64,000 nt of DNA, taken from the NCBI GenBank assembly GCA_963662275.1, contig OY759316.1:4160001-4224000 (forward strand), written 5' to 3'. This stretch comes from Candidatus Cloacimonadales bacterium (GTDB taxonomy: Bacteria > Cloacimonadota > Cloacimonadia > Cloacimonadales > DAONDQ01). How positions within the stretch are numbered: position 1 is the stretch's first letter; each line of letters opens with the position of its first letter. The notes below the pieces were generated by a model. That model made no database searches. It was not told where the DNA came from and saw only the letters and a program-made list of their open reading frames with translations. The translations under genes and the position numbers were made by a program. Positions 46,467-56,284 of the stretch are shown here, in pieces.

Positions 46467-47177
46467 AAGATTTTCCTCCGCAAAACTAAAATAGGCATTA
46501 TCTCCAACAATGACGTGATCTAGTACTCTCACGTTCACAAAATCCATAGATTGTTTAATTTTCCTGGTGATTTGAAGATCATCCTGGGAAGGTTTCATTG
46601 TACCGCTGGGGTGATTGTGAATCAGCATGATCGCTGAACTACCATAATGAAAAACTCTTTCCATTAACTCCCTGATATAAATCTTAGCCTCATTCACGGT
46701 ACCTGTTGAGATCGTTTCATCCCGTAAGATCATATTTTTATTATTCAAAAACAAGACTCGGAATTCTTCTTTTTTCTCACCTTTATATTTCAGTTGCAGA
46801 TAAGAGAGAACATCGCTTAATGATGAAACGCAGTCTGCATTCAGTACCTTTTCTCGTAAACAAAAGACAGCCGCATCTTTCATAAATCTCAGAAAAATGA
46901 TCGATCTTTTGCTGATTCCTGTAATCTTCTCAAGCTCGTCAACAGAAGCGTTCAGAACATTATTCAGACTGCCGAATTCTTGAATCATAATCTTGGAAAG
47001 AAGTTTATTATCTTTACGTATCAGTACTAACCCAAGCATTAATTCTAATACTTCCTGGGACGTAAAGTTATCTAGCCCTTCACCAAGATAACGCAGAAGC
47101 ATTCTTTGACGATGTCCGGTTTGGAATTTGGTTAGTTGTTCTTTTTCAGAAAAGTTTGAGGAATCGTGGATTTTCAT
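46461..47177 (-). CDS. radC: RadC/JAB-domain protein (UPF0758)
   Basis: GHRQR, EEFRVLFL, HNHPSG...SQDD, LDHVIVG. Confidence 0.93.
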   Translation of the reverse strand: MKIHDSSNFSEKEQLTKFQTGHRQRMLLRYLGEGLDNFTSQEVLELMLGLVLIRKDNKLLSKIMIQEFGSLNNVLNASVDELEKITGISKRSIIFLRFMKDAAVFCLREKVLNADCVSSLSDVLSYLQLKYKGEKKEEFRVLFLNNKNMILRDETISTGTVNEAKIYIRELMERVFHYGSSAIMLIHNHPSGTMKPSQDDLQITRKIKQSMDFVNVRVLDHVIVGDNAYFSFAEENLL

Positions 47178-47543
47178 AGGTACCCTCCTTATTTAAATGC
47201 TAATTTACTAGAACCTCAGAACTTTGGCAATATATTTCTAGTTCCATAGCTATCATTTAACGCATTATCGAACCTCAGTTAATGATTTTATGAAGGTAAA
47301 GGGGAATTGCGCTTAAAATGAAGTTTTGACACACGCTAAGCGAAATAAACAAATGGAAAAAGAATGTTGTCCGTATAAAGGTTGTTTTATAAAACAATTG
47401 CAATATTATGCAGATCTAGTTTCTGTAGAATGACATCCTGAATCAGTAAAAGAATGCTGTACATGTATGATAATTAATTCAAAGAAAGTCATTGTAAGAT
47501 GTATCTAAGAAGATATAAGTTATCTGGTATCTTTTCACTCTGA

Positions 47544-47559
47544 TGTTTCACGTGAAACA
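47544..47559. promoter_or_regulatory. parS: parS centromere site (perfect palindrome)
   Basis: TGTTTCACGTGAAACA. Confidence 0.9.
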
Positions 47560-47603
47560 CAGAAAACAAACAATCAATATCTATTTCTTTCATTTATTAA
47601 AAA

Positions 47604-47697
47604 TGTGTATAAATGAGAAATTCATGTGTATAAGTTAATTTGTTATTGCCAGAAATCGACTAGATCTTACTTCACCTGATGGTATGGATGTGTATAT
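47604..47697. promoter_or_regulatory. DnaA-box cluster between the parS sites
   Basis: TGTGTATAA 47604-12 and 47625-33; TGTGTATAT 47689-97. Confidence 0.55.
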
Positions 47698-47713
47698 CTG
47701 ATGAATAGTCGGA

Positions 47714-47729
47714 TGTTTCACGTGAAACG
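47714..47729. promoter_or_regulatory. parS: parS centromere site (15/16 match)
   Basis: TGTTTCACGTGAAACG. Confidence 0.85.
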
Positions 47730-47730
47730 A

Positions 47731-48204
47731 TTAACTGTTAAAAGCCTTTCGAAACTCTCTAATTTTCTTCCGTATTTCCGGATTTGAAAGAGCTAGGATT
47801 TCTGCTGCGAGTATTGCTGCGTTCTTCCCTCCATCTATGGCAACCGTAGCCACAGGTATGCCGGTTGGCATTTGAACAATTGCCAGTAAAGAATCCTGTC
47901 CATGCAAAGCGGAACCTGAGAGGGGTACTCCAATAACCGGCAGCAGGGTATAGGAAGCTAGTATTCCTGGTAGATGAGCTGCCATACCTGCTGCTGCAAT
48001 AATTACCTGGATACCTTCTTCTTCTGCTTTTTCAGCAAGATCAATCGTTTTTCCAGGATTACGATGGGCTGAAGAAATGTAGAAATCATAGGGAATCTGG
48101 AAAACCTCGAGTTGTTCTCTGATAGAATTGCCAGCAAGAATATCAGATTTGCTACCGATAATTATTCTTATCAATGGTGATTGTCTGTCTTCTAATGATT
48201 TCAT
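47731..48204 (-). CDS. purE: N5-CAIR mutase
   Basis: GSKSD, SAHRNP, AAAGMAAHLPG, VQMPTGIPVATV. Confidence 0.96.
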   Translation of the reverse strand: MKSLEDRQSPLIRIIIGSKSDILAGNSIREQLEVFQIPYDFYISSAHRNPGKTIDLAEKAEEEGIQVIIAAAGMAAHLPGILASYTLLPVIGVPLSGSALHGQDSLLAIVQMPTGIPVATVAIDGGKNAAILAAEILALSNPEIRKKIREFRKAFNS

Positions 48205-48225
48205 TACATTGATAGATTATTAATT

Positions 48226-48882
48226 TTAAATTGAAGTAAGGGCTTTATGAATTTCTTCAACTGAATTCGTTGTTTTAAGTAATTTGATGATGGTTTCATT
48301 CATAAGTAGTTTTGATATGTAGGATAAAGAAAACAGATGCTGCTTATCATTATGCAGCAAGAGCATAAAAAATAGGCTAACAGGTTTATTATCGGGGGCA
48401 TCGAATTCTACACCTTCATCAGATCTCCCGAATAAAATGGAAGGAGTTTTGATTTTCGTCGGATGTAAATGCCTGGGATGTAAGAGAGCAACTTCATTTC
48501 CAACTGCTGTGGAAACGAGTTCTTCACGAGCCACAACTACTTCATAGAGCCATTTGGCATCTCTCACAATTTTCAATTCTTTCGCTTTCTCAGCAGTAAT
48601 GCGGATTGCTTCATATTTATTATCAGCGTGAAAATCCAAGAAGATGTTCTCCGGTCTAAAGTATTCTTCAAATCGACAGATAGTTCTTTGCATTGCAAGT
48701 TGTTCTTCATCGTTCTGAGATAAGTTTTCCAGCCACCCATCAACAGAATCCTTATCAATCTTGATTGATTTACCGGCTCTTGCAGTTGTGAATACATTAT
48801 CTTTTATCATTTCATGTATTACTTTCTCACTGACTTTCAAGTATTTTGCTGCTTCGATAAACGTAAGCATCTTCTTTGTCAT
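48226..48882 (-). CDS. Excisionase-type HTH fused to PTS EIIA (Ntr/fructose-type) domain
   Basis: LTFIEAAKYLKVS N-terminus; RE..STAVGNEVALLHPR, FDAPDNKPV; start after GGAGG. Confidence 0.88.
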   Translation of the reverse strand: MTKKMLTFIEAAKYLKVSEKVIHEMIKDNVFTTARAGKSIKIDKDSVDGWLENLSQNDEEQLAMQRTICRFEEYFRPENIFLDFHADNKYEAIRITAEKAKELKIVRDAKWLYEVVVAREELVSTAVGNEVALLHPRHLHPTKIKTPSILFGRSDEGVEFDAPDNKPVSLFFMLLLHNDKQHLFSLSYISKLLMNETIIKLLKTTNSVEEIHKALTSI

Positions 48883-48968
48883 AAATCCTCCACTCTTGTT
48901 TAGATACGCTATACACACTTATAAGTTAATGCTTGACAGATAATATTCATAATTTTATGTAATATGTC

Positions 48969-49472
48969 ATGGTCAAGAAATTAATAGTCTATATCGGGAT
49001 TTTTTTCACTTTATTCGGCTGTTCTTATTCCGTTCATTCAACAGCTTATCCGAATTTGAAAAAAATACTCATTCAACCTTTTGAGAATAAATCTACCGAA
49101 TACAATCTCGGTGATGATCTTCTCATATTCCTGAATAACTCATTTCGGGATGATGGAAGATTGCGTCCAGTGACAATCGCTCCTGACTGCCAATTGGAAG
49201 GAAACATACTCGACTTCTCAGAGACAGCTTTTAGTTACGATCAATCTAATAATGTACAGGAGTTTCAAGTCAAGATACTTTTTTCTATCACCCTGACTGA
49301 TTTACAGAAAAGCCAAGTAATTTACGAAAATAAGAGTCTTTTTTTATCAGAAAATTATGCCCCTCGTCCTGGTGAGGGTACAAGCAGTTTTAAAACAAAA
49401 CAGGAAGCTGAAAAACAAATCTACAAAGATCTTTTTCAAGATATCCTGAAAAATAGTTTGGAGTCCTGGTGA
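48969..49472 (+). CDS. lptE: LptE-family lipoprotein
   Basis: LFGCSYS lipobox; I.IQPFENKS.EY; C-terminal helix ending in W. Confidence 0.7.
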   Translation: MVKKLIVYIGIFFTLFGCSYSVHSTAYPNLKKILIQPFENKSTEYNLGDDLLIFLNNSFRDDGRLRPVTIAPDCQLEGNILDFSETAFSYDQSNNVQEFQVKILFSITLTDLQKSQVIYENKSLFLSENYAPRPGEGTSSFKTKQEAEKQIYKDLFQDILKNSLESW

Positions 49473-50233
49473 GGATAAACCGCTTTTTAGCGCAAGCAAA
49501 TCTCGGTTCGCGACGACAAGTAGAAGAGTATATTTCAAGAGGAAAAGTAACGGTTAATGGTAAAATATGTCAGGATCTAAGTACTCAGATTGATACTGCT
49601 AATGATATTGTGACATATGATAATAAAGTCGTTCATATACAGAATGAATTAATTTACATTATGCTCAACAAGCCTCTTGATTATGTCGTAACAAAATCTG
49701 ACGAATATGGCAGAAAGACAGTATATGACTTGCTTCCTGAGTTTGCCCGTGCATTAAATCCAGTTGGCAGGTTAGATATGGACAGCGAAGGTTTACTTAT
49801 CCTGACTAACGATGGTGATCTGGCAAATCAGATTACACATCCACGCTACAAATTGGAAAAAGTTTATAAAGTTGAAGTCCAAGGTAATCTGACAAAGGAT
49901 GCTATTGAGAAGTTACGTCTTGGAGTTGAGATAGAAGGTATCAAGACACAGAGCGCACGTGTTTTTGTAAAAAGTCATGTTGGTGATCATTTTATTTTGA
50001 GAATAACGATTAGGGAAGGGAAAAAGCGTCAAATCAGGAGGATGGTCGAAGCGGTTAACTGTAAGGTTCTGCATTTAAAGCGGTTACAGATAGGAGACAT
50101 CAATCTTGATAAATTGCCAATTGGCATGTGGCGTTTCCTGAAACCGACTGAAATTATCTCTTTGAAACGCAGCATTTCACCAGGGAGCTTTCATAAAACA
50201 GGAGATAATACAAAACAGAACGGTGATGTATGA
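49469..50233 (+). CDS. RsuA/RluB-family pseudouridine synthase
   Basis: S4 domain RINRFLA..GSRR; PVGRLDMDSEGL; EGKKRQIRRM. Confidence 0.93.
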   Translation: MRINRFLAQANLGSRRQVEEYISRGKVTVNGKICQDLSTQIDTANDIVTYDNKVVHIQNELIYIMLNKPLDYVVTKSDEYGRKTVYDLLPEFARALNPVGRLDMDSEGLLILTNDGDLANQITHPRYKLEKVYKVEVQGNLTKDAIEKLRLGVEIEGIKTQSARVFVKSHVGDHFILRITIREGKKRQIRRMVEAVNCKVLHLKRLQIGDINLDKLPIGMWRFLKPTEIISLKRSISPGSFHKTGDNTKQNGDV

Positions 50234-51309
50234 AAATTGCATTAATAGGCATGCCGAAAAGCGGTAAAACAACTATCTTTAACGCATTAACAGGTCTTCA
50301 GAAGGAAGTTGGGGCTTTTATCAGTCCGGAAAGTGAAACACATCATGGTATCGTAGAAGTACATGATGCTCGAGTAAGCTGGTTATCTGATCATTATAAA
50401 CCAAAGAAAACGATTTATGCAACGATTGAATATATGGATTTTGCAGGCATGTCTTCCGGTTCTGAAGCAGAAGAAGGTTTTTCTGTTCAGATACAGGAGG
50501 GAATGAAGACTGCAGATGCTCTGGCTCTAGTACTCAGGAATTTTGATGACGAGATTATTTCGGATATCGTTGGATCTCCTCAAGTGCTGCATGAGATTAG
50601 AACATTGGAAGAAGAAATGCTGATTTCAGATCAAATCCTGGTCGAAAAGAGATTAGAGAAGATTGAACTTGCCTACAAGCGAGGACAGAAGACACCTCAA
50701 CTTCAGATTGAAGAGAAGGTGCTTCGTTCTATCCTTGAACATCTTGAACAATCCAAACCGATTCGAACTATGGAATTAGCAGAAGAGGAAGATAAAGCGA
50801 TTCGTGGTTTTCAGTTTTTATCGCAAAAGCCAGTTTTAGTTATTTTGAATTCAGATGAAAATCATTATAGACAGGACGTAGATTTAATAGAGAAGATAAA
50901 ATCTCAGTATCCTTTTGTTGAATTTGCAGGTAAATTTGAAATGGAATTATCAGGGCTTTCACAAGAAGAAGCTAAGATGTTTATGGATGATATGAATATT
51001 GAGGAATCTGCCCGTGATTTACTGACCCGTTTTTCCTATTTGACCTTGGGATATGTCAGTTTCTTTACTGTAGGACCAGATGAAGTGCGTGCTTGGACGA
51101 TTTCAAATCATGAAAATGCCGTTGATGCAGCGGGGAAGATTCATTCAGATCTAGCCCGTGGCTTTATTCGAGCTGAATGTTTCAGTTATGCAGATCTTCT
51201 GGCTCATGGATCTGAAAAAGTACTTCGCGAAAAAGGACTCTTCCGCCTGGAAGGTAAGAATTATATTGTGAAGGATGGAGACATTCTTAATATCAGGTTC
51301 AGTGTATAG
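50230..51309 (+). CDS. ychF: YchF/Obg-like ATPase
   Basis: GMPKSGKTT, FFTVGPDEVRAW, AGKIHSD..RGFIRAE, EGKNYIVKDGD. Confidence 0.9.
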   Translation: MKIALIGMPKSGKTTIFNALTGLQKEVGAFISPESETHHGIVEVHDARVSWLSDHYKPKKTIYATIEYMDFAGMSSGSEAEEGFSVQIQEGMKTADALALVLRNFDDEIISDIVGSPQVLHEIRTLEEEMLISDQILVEKRLEKIELAYKRGQKTPQLQIEEKVLRSILEHLEQSKPIRTMELAEEEDKAIRGFQFLSQKPVLVILNSDENHYRQDVDLIEKIKSQYPFVEFAGKFEMELSGLSQEEAKMFMDDMNIEESARDLLTRFSYLTLGYVSFFTVGPDEVRAWTISNHENAVDAAGKIHSDLARGFIRAECFSYADLLAHGSEKVLREKGLFRLEGKNYIVKDGDILNIRFSV

Positions 51310-51311
51310 AA

Positions 51312-53591
51312 ATGGCAACAAGAAAAAAAGCGGTACTCAAGAAAAAAGCTAAACCAAATCAACTACCCAGAATCTTGGTTTCAATTCTTTTTGCCATCTT
51401 TTCCTTTCTTTTATTGATCGCCATATCGATTAGAACCTCTGATTTGCAGTTGGATTTTTACAATCTTACCAGTCATACTCAATCTGTCCTGGATTATATT
51501 CTATTTCGCTTCCCAGGAGATAGTATCAATCCCATTGGTCCATTTGGAGTGATCTTCGGATATTTTGTGGTATATTTATGTGGCAAATTCTTTTCCTTTT
51601 TTTTACTGCTGGGGATTTTTGCAGTCAGTTTAATACGTGTAATAAAACCTCATGAATATCGCCATTATTTTCGTATTCTATGCGGTATTCTCTTTTTCTT
51701 TTTTGTGCAATTACTTATCCTGACAACGAAAAATGAAATCAATTATGGTATGGGTCAAATTCCATGGGTTATCTTATCAGTTCTGGTCAGGATTTTTAGT
51801 ACAACAGGGACAATTATTATCTCCTTATTTGCTTCAGCCTGTTTTTTGATTCTTTCTATTGAAGCAGCAACCATTAAAAATTGGTACACGACATTCAGGA
51901 ATGTTCAAATCAACTCACCAACGGTAAATGGTCAAGTGAAGCCATTACCTAAGCAAAATAATGCTGTGACGATTCAGCGTCCCAATTCATCTTTTGCAGA
52001 GGATACTAAGGATATTGAAGAAGCGATGCCAACGATCATTGATCATGTGTTAAAGCAAATTGGTGAAGAAGATATGGAATCAGAAACAGCTGCAAAGCTG
52101 AAATTGAAGCAAAAACCAAAACCAGCGATTGATATTGAAGATGACCGGGAATATGTGAAACCCAGTATCAATGATTATTTGTTAAGCCCTGTCAAATTGA
52201 CGAAGCGTGATCGTGAGGAAACAGAAGAGGCGATCAAAAATGTAAGTCGAATCCTGAGAGACAAACTCAGTGAGTTTGGCATTGATGCCGAAGTGATTAA
52301 TGTGAATATCGGTCCGATCATTACGCAGTATGAATTGAAACCCGCACCAGGTGTGAAAGTTGCTAAATTTCTCTCTCTTGCTGATGATCTTGCATTGGCG
52401 ATCAAGGCAAAATCGATTCGAGTACAGGCTCCCATACCGGGGAGAGGATTAATAGGTATCGAAATTCCCAATGTCAATCGGGATATGATCTATTTGAAGG
52501 ATATCCTGCTCTCAGAAGAAATGAAGCAAAATGATAAACCTCTGACCATTGGATTAGGCAAGGACATTGCTGGGAATCCGCTGGTTGCTGACTTGGCAAA
52601 AATGCCGCATCTGTTGATTGCAGGTGCAACCGGCTCTGGTAAAAGTGTTTGTATTAATACGTTAATCATTAGTTTGCTTCTACGAACTACCCCATCTGAG
52701 CTGAGACTTGTTTTAATCGATCCGAAGCGTGTTGAATTAGCAGGTTACGAAGGGATTCCACACCTGATCGGTGAAGTTGTTACAGAACCTGATGATGCTC
52801 TAGGTACGATGCATTGGGCTGTCAGGGAAATGGAAAAGCGATATGAAATGCTGCAGGATCTGACAGTTCGAGATATAAATAGTTATAATCTTAAGCTTTC
52901 AGAAGATAAAAAAGGTGAATACAAGGATTATTCTCCACTTCCATTTATTGTCATTGTTGTGGATGAATTTGCAGATTTGATTATGACTGCCGGAAGAGAT
53001 ATTGAAATGCCTATTACACGATTAGCTCAAATGGCAAGAGCTGTAGGAATTCATTTGATCCTGGCAACACAGAGACCTTCCATCAAAGTCATTACCGGTA
53101 TCATTAAGGCGAACTTCCCAGCCAGGATAGCTTTCCAGGTATCTTCCAAGGTGGACTCCCGGGTCATTCTTGACATGATGGGAGCTGAGAGGCTTTTAGG
53201 ACAAGGGGATATGTTGTTTGTTCCCCCGGGCAGAGCAATACCGGATCGTATTCATGGGGCTTTTGTATCGGATGTGGAAATATCGAAGATATGTGCGTAT
53301 CTGAAAGATCAACCTAAGCCAAAGACAGAATTATTCATTACATCATCAGAGAAGAGTGGACTTGAGAAATTTGAATTTGATGATGAATTATTCCCGGAAG
53401 CTGCACGGATAGTCATTTCTGCTAATATGGCTTCAGTTTCCATGCTCCAAAGACATTTTAAAATTGGATATGCCCGTGCTGGAAGATTAATCGATATGCT
53501 GGAACAGGCAGGTATCATCGGACCGCATGTTGGCAGTAAATCAAGGGATGTTCTTGCTTCTGAATCAGATTTGGAAATCTATGGATTATAA
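51312..53591 (+). CDS. ftsK: DNA translocase FtsK/SpoIIIE
   Basis: N-terminal TMs; PHLLIAGATGSGKS, VDEFAD, ATQRPS; gamma domain LQRHFKIGYARAGR. Confidence 0.96.
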   Translation: MATRKKAVLKKKAKPNQLPRILVSILFAIFSFLLLIAISIRTSDLQLDFYNLTSHTQSVLDYILFRFPGDSINPIGPFGVIFGYFVVYLCGKFFSFFLLLGIFAVSLIRVIKPHEYRHYFRILCGILFFFFVQLLILTTKNEINYGMGQIPWVILSVLVRIFSTTGTIIISLFASACFLILSIEAATIKNWYTTFRNVQINSPTVNGQVKPLPKQNNAVTIQRPNSSFAEDTKDIEEAMPTIIDHVLKQIGEEDMESETAAKLKLKQKPKPAIDIEDDREYVKPSINDYLLSPVKLTKRDREETEEAIKNVSRILRDKLSEFGIDAEVINVNIGPIITQYELKPAPGVKVAKFLSLADDLALAIKAKSIRVQAPIPGRGLIGIEIPNVNRDMIYLKDILLSEEMKQNDKPLTIGLGKDIAGNPLVADLAKMPHLLIAGATGSGKSVCINTLIISLLLRTTPSELRLVLIDPKRVELAGYEGIPHLIGEVVTEPDDALGTMHWAVREMEKRYEMLQDLTVRDINSYNLKLSEDKKGEYKDYSPLPFIVIVVDEFADLIMTAGRDIEMPITRLAQMARAVGIHLILATQRPSIKVITGIIKANFPARIAFQVSSKVDSRVILDMMGAERLLGQGDMLFVPPGRAIPDRIHGAFVSDVEISKICAYLKDQPKPKTELFITSSEKSGLEKFEFDDELFPEAARIVISANMASVSMLQRHFKIGYARAGRLIDMLEQAGIIGPHVGSKSRDVLASESDLEIYGL

Positions 53592-54198
53592 AAGAAAAAT
53601 CGTTTGTGCAATTGTCATGTGTTGCATTACTCTATTATTTTCGATTGATCTCGATGACTTCTACCAGCAAGTCCATTCCAGATTCGATAGTATCTCTACT
53701 CTACAGGCAGATATTGCCCAGACAAATGAATATGCCCAATCTAAAACGAAACTAACATCCTCTGGAGTATTGTACTATAAGCCAAATAATCTGATTCTTG
53801 ATTATTCCAAACCACATATACAGAAACTGATCATCCAGGGAAATAAAGTCCAAATGTATGACAAAGAAAGCAAGACATTGATCAAGACAACAAATAATCA
53901 AGGTGTTTCTAATCCAATGCAAATTGTGGATAAATATTGGACAAAGAGCAGAAAGGAACTGATTTCTGAGGATTCTGTTTCGATTCGTGTGAGATTATTC
54001 CCGTCCTCAGATGAGAATATAAAAAAAATTGAAGTGAGTTTTAATAATCGAACAAAAATGATCTCTGAATTATCTTATTGGGATAAACTTGGTAATAAAG
54101 TCAGATTTCGATTTCAGAATATTCGTATTGGCATTGCAATACAATCATCAAAATGGACATTTACTCCACCGCATGGAGTGAATGTCATCCAGCAATAA
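53581..54198 (+). CDS. lolA: LolA-family outer-membrane lipoprotein carrier
   Basis: Follows ftsK; LQADIAQT..SSG.LYYKP...Y.KP..Q, DKLGN...F, FTPP.GV. Confidence 0.8.
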   Translation: MDYKRKIVCAIVMCCITLLFSIDLDDFYQQVHSRFDSISTLQADIAQTNEYAQSKTKLTSSGVLYYKPNNLILDYSKPHIQKLIIQGNKVQMYDKESKTLIKTTNNQGVSNPMQIVDKYWTKSRKELISEDSVSIRVRLFPSSDENIKKIEVSFNNRTKMISELSYWDKLGNKVRFRFQNIRIGIAIQSSKWTFTPPHGVNVIQQ

Positions 54199-54202
54199 CA
54201 GC

Positions 54203-54268
54203 GTAGAGCATGATGCCGATCCTGCTGAATTGTGATGTTATTATTGCAGGATCAGCTTCCTTTTCTAC
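54203..54268. repeat. Inverted pair of GTAG-type REP-like units
   Basis: GTAGAGCATGATGCCGATCCTGC ... GCAGGATCAGCTTCCTTTTCTAC; related unit at 56244-56267. Confidence 0.6.
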
Positions 54269-54289
54269 TTATCATAAGGAGCAGATGAT

Positions 54290-55345
54290 ATGATAGCATT
54301 AATCATGGCTGGTGGTGCCGGAACCCGGTTCTGGCCTTTAAGCAGAACTAATCTTCCCAAGCAATTTCTTTCAGTAGTTGCCAATAAATCAATGATTCGC
54401 CTGACAGTGGATCGTTTGTTAAAGAAAATACCCATTGAAAGGATATTTATTGTAACGGCTCGTAACCAAGTGGAATTGATATTTGAACATATCCCGGAGT
54501 TACCGGTAGAAAATATTATTATTGAACCCTTCGGTATGAACACGGCACCATGTATCGCTTTGAGTGTGCAATATATCAAGCGATTATACAATGACAAAGA
54601 AACAATGATCGTGTTACCTTCAGATCATGTTATTGGTAAAGAAGATGTATTTTTGGAGAGCTTGGATAGTGCAGAAATTCCTGCAAAAGAAGGATATCTT
54701 GTCACTTTTGGTATCATTCCGGACTTTGCTGCTACAGGATATGGCTATATTGAGGAAGCTGAATCCTATCGTGAAGGTATGTATCATGTTCGGCAATTCA
54801 AGGAGAAACCGCAGCAGGAGGTTGCAGAACAATTTCTGGCAAAAGGTGGTTTTTATTGGAACAGCGGTATGTTTTACTGGGAATTGGCAACCATCTCCAA
54901 AATGTATGAGAAACATCAGCCGGAAATGTTTAATGTCCTTTCTGAAATTGAAAAGAAATGGAATGAAGAAGGAGTGGATGCAGACATATCTGAACTCTAT
55001 GCAAAGATGCCTAAGATACCAGTGGACATAGGTATTATGGAAAAAGCAGAAAAGCGGATTGTAATTCCGGTATCCTACAATTGGAGTGATGTTGGTTCCT
55101 GGCGTGCATTAGCAGAGATATCAGAGAAGGATGAGTGCGGTAATACAATCAAATCTGAGCATATGAATATCAATAGCAGAAAGAATTATATTTACACGGA
55201 TAAATTCACGGCTATCATTGGAATTGAAGGTTTGGTTGTGATAGAAACACCGGATGCCATCCTGATTGCTAAGAAAGAATGTTCTGAAGACGTGAAGATA
55301 ATCGTTGAAAATTTACGAAAAGAAGGGAAGACAGAGCTTCTATAA
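54290..55345 (+). CDS. manC: Mannose-1-phosphate guanylyltransferase
   Basis: MAGGAGTRFWPLSR..PKQF, EP.GMNTAP, PSDH, FKEKP, WSDVGSW. Confidence 0.93.
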   Translation: MIALIMAGGAGTRFWPLSRTNLPKQFLSVVANKSMIRLTVDRLLKKIPIERIFIVTARNQVELIFEHIPELPVENIIIEPFGMNTAPCIALSVQYIKRLYNDKETMIVLPSDHVIGKEDVFLESLDSAEIPAKEGYLVTFGIIPDFAATGYGYIEEAESYREGMYHVRQFKEKPQQEVAEQFLAKGGFYWNSGMFYWELATISKMYEKHQPEMFNVLSEIEKKWNEEGVDADISELYAKMPKIPVDIGIMEKAEKRIVIPVSYNWSDVGSWRALAEISEKDECGNTIKSEHMNINSRKNYIYTDKFTAIIGIEGLVVIETPDAILIAKKECSEDVKIIVENLRKEGKTELL

Positions 55346-55363
55346 AAGCTCTGAAGAGGAAAA

Positions 55364-55714
55364 ATGAAAGACGGAAAACTAGTCAGTCTCCTGTATCTAC
55401 AAAATGCAACCGATAATGATGAAGAGCTAATCCGAGAAATCTTGGACATCTTTCTGCAGGATACAAAACAGGAATTGGATAAACTACAGCAAGCCGTCAC
55501 TGAAGATCGCTGGAAAGATGTAGGTAAAATTGCGCATCGCTTGAAGTCGAGTATGTTGAATCTTGATTTAGAAGAAATCTCACAGGAATTGCTTAGCATT
55601 GAAGATAGCATCAATAAAAATACTGGCTTGGATGAGATCAAACAACGGGTAATGAAAATATTTGATATCTGTCAGGAAGTCTTCCAGGATGTGATGGATA
55701 TTCTAGAATCGTAG
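55364..55714 (+). CDS. Stand-alone HPt (histidine phosphotransfer) domain protein
   Basis: AHRLKSS motif in an all-helical 116-aa protein. Confidence 0.85.
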   Translation: MKDGKLVSLLYLQNATDNDEELIREILDIFLQDTKQELDKLQQAVTEDRWKDVGKIAHRLKSSMLNLDLEEISQELLSIEDSINKNTGLDEIKQRVMKIFDICQEVFQDVMDILES

Positions 55715-55780
55715 AGAGTCCCTACTCGTGTATCTCCCTATGCGAGATTCTCATGAATTAAAATAATTAGAGGTATCTTA

Positions 55781-56149
55781 ATGTATAAAATCAATGTCAG
55801 TGACACTTTCTCAGCAGCACACCAGTTGAAGGGCTATGATGGTGCTTGCCGTAATGTACATGGTCATACTTGGAAGGTTCGAGTCGGGATAGTATGTGAA
55901 ACAACGGATGATATTGGTTTATCAATTGATTTCAATGTCATCAAGAAGCATCTTCGTGAACTCATTGAAACATTGGATCACCAGTTTCTTAACGAGCTGG
56001 AGATTTTTAAATCTTTGAATCCCACATCTGAAAACATCGCCCGTTATATGTATAGGCATATCAAGCAAAGGATCAATATTCCTGACTGTTATCTTGCAGA
56101 TGTGGAAGTGTGGGAATCAGATAAATCTTCTATTATTTATAGTGAATAA
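55781..56149 (+). CDS. queD: 6-carboxytetrahydropterin synthase
   Basis: FSAAHQL..Y.GAC.NVHGH, LDHQFLNE, NPTSENIA, VWES. Confidence 0.93.
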   Translation: MYKINVSDTFSAAHQLKGYDGACRNVHGHTWKVRVGIVCETTDDIGLSIDFNVIKKHLRELIETLDHQFLNELEIFKSLNPTSENIARYMYRHIKQRINIPDCYLADVEVWESDKSSIIYSE

Positions 56150-56152
56150 TTG

Positions 56153-56267
56153 GTAGGAATAGACCCGCGTGTCTATCCTCTTCGAAAATTTAATGATAAA
56201 CACAAGGATAGACACACGGGTCTATCCCTACTTCAACGGAAATAGCAGGATCAGCATCCTGCTCCAC
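56153..56267. repeat. GTAG REP inverted pair (REPIN-like) plus a third REP-like unit
   Basis: GTAGGAATAGACCCGCGTGTCTATCCT ... AGGATAGACACACGGGTCTATCCCTAC; AGCAGGATCAGCATCCTGCTCCAC. Confidence 0.75.
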
Positions 56268-56284
56268 AAGGTAAAAGGATTAAA

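Noticed and set aside
46461..47177. radC as a marker of an integrated mobile element
   Set aside because: Full-length chromosomal-type RadC among core genes, with no integrase or att sites seen
48750..48882. Prophage excisionase
   Set aside because: The HTH is fused to an EIIA domain and there are no phage genes nearby
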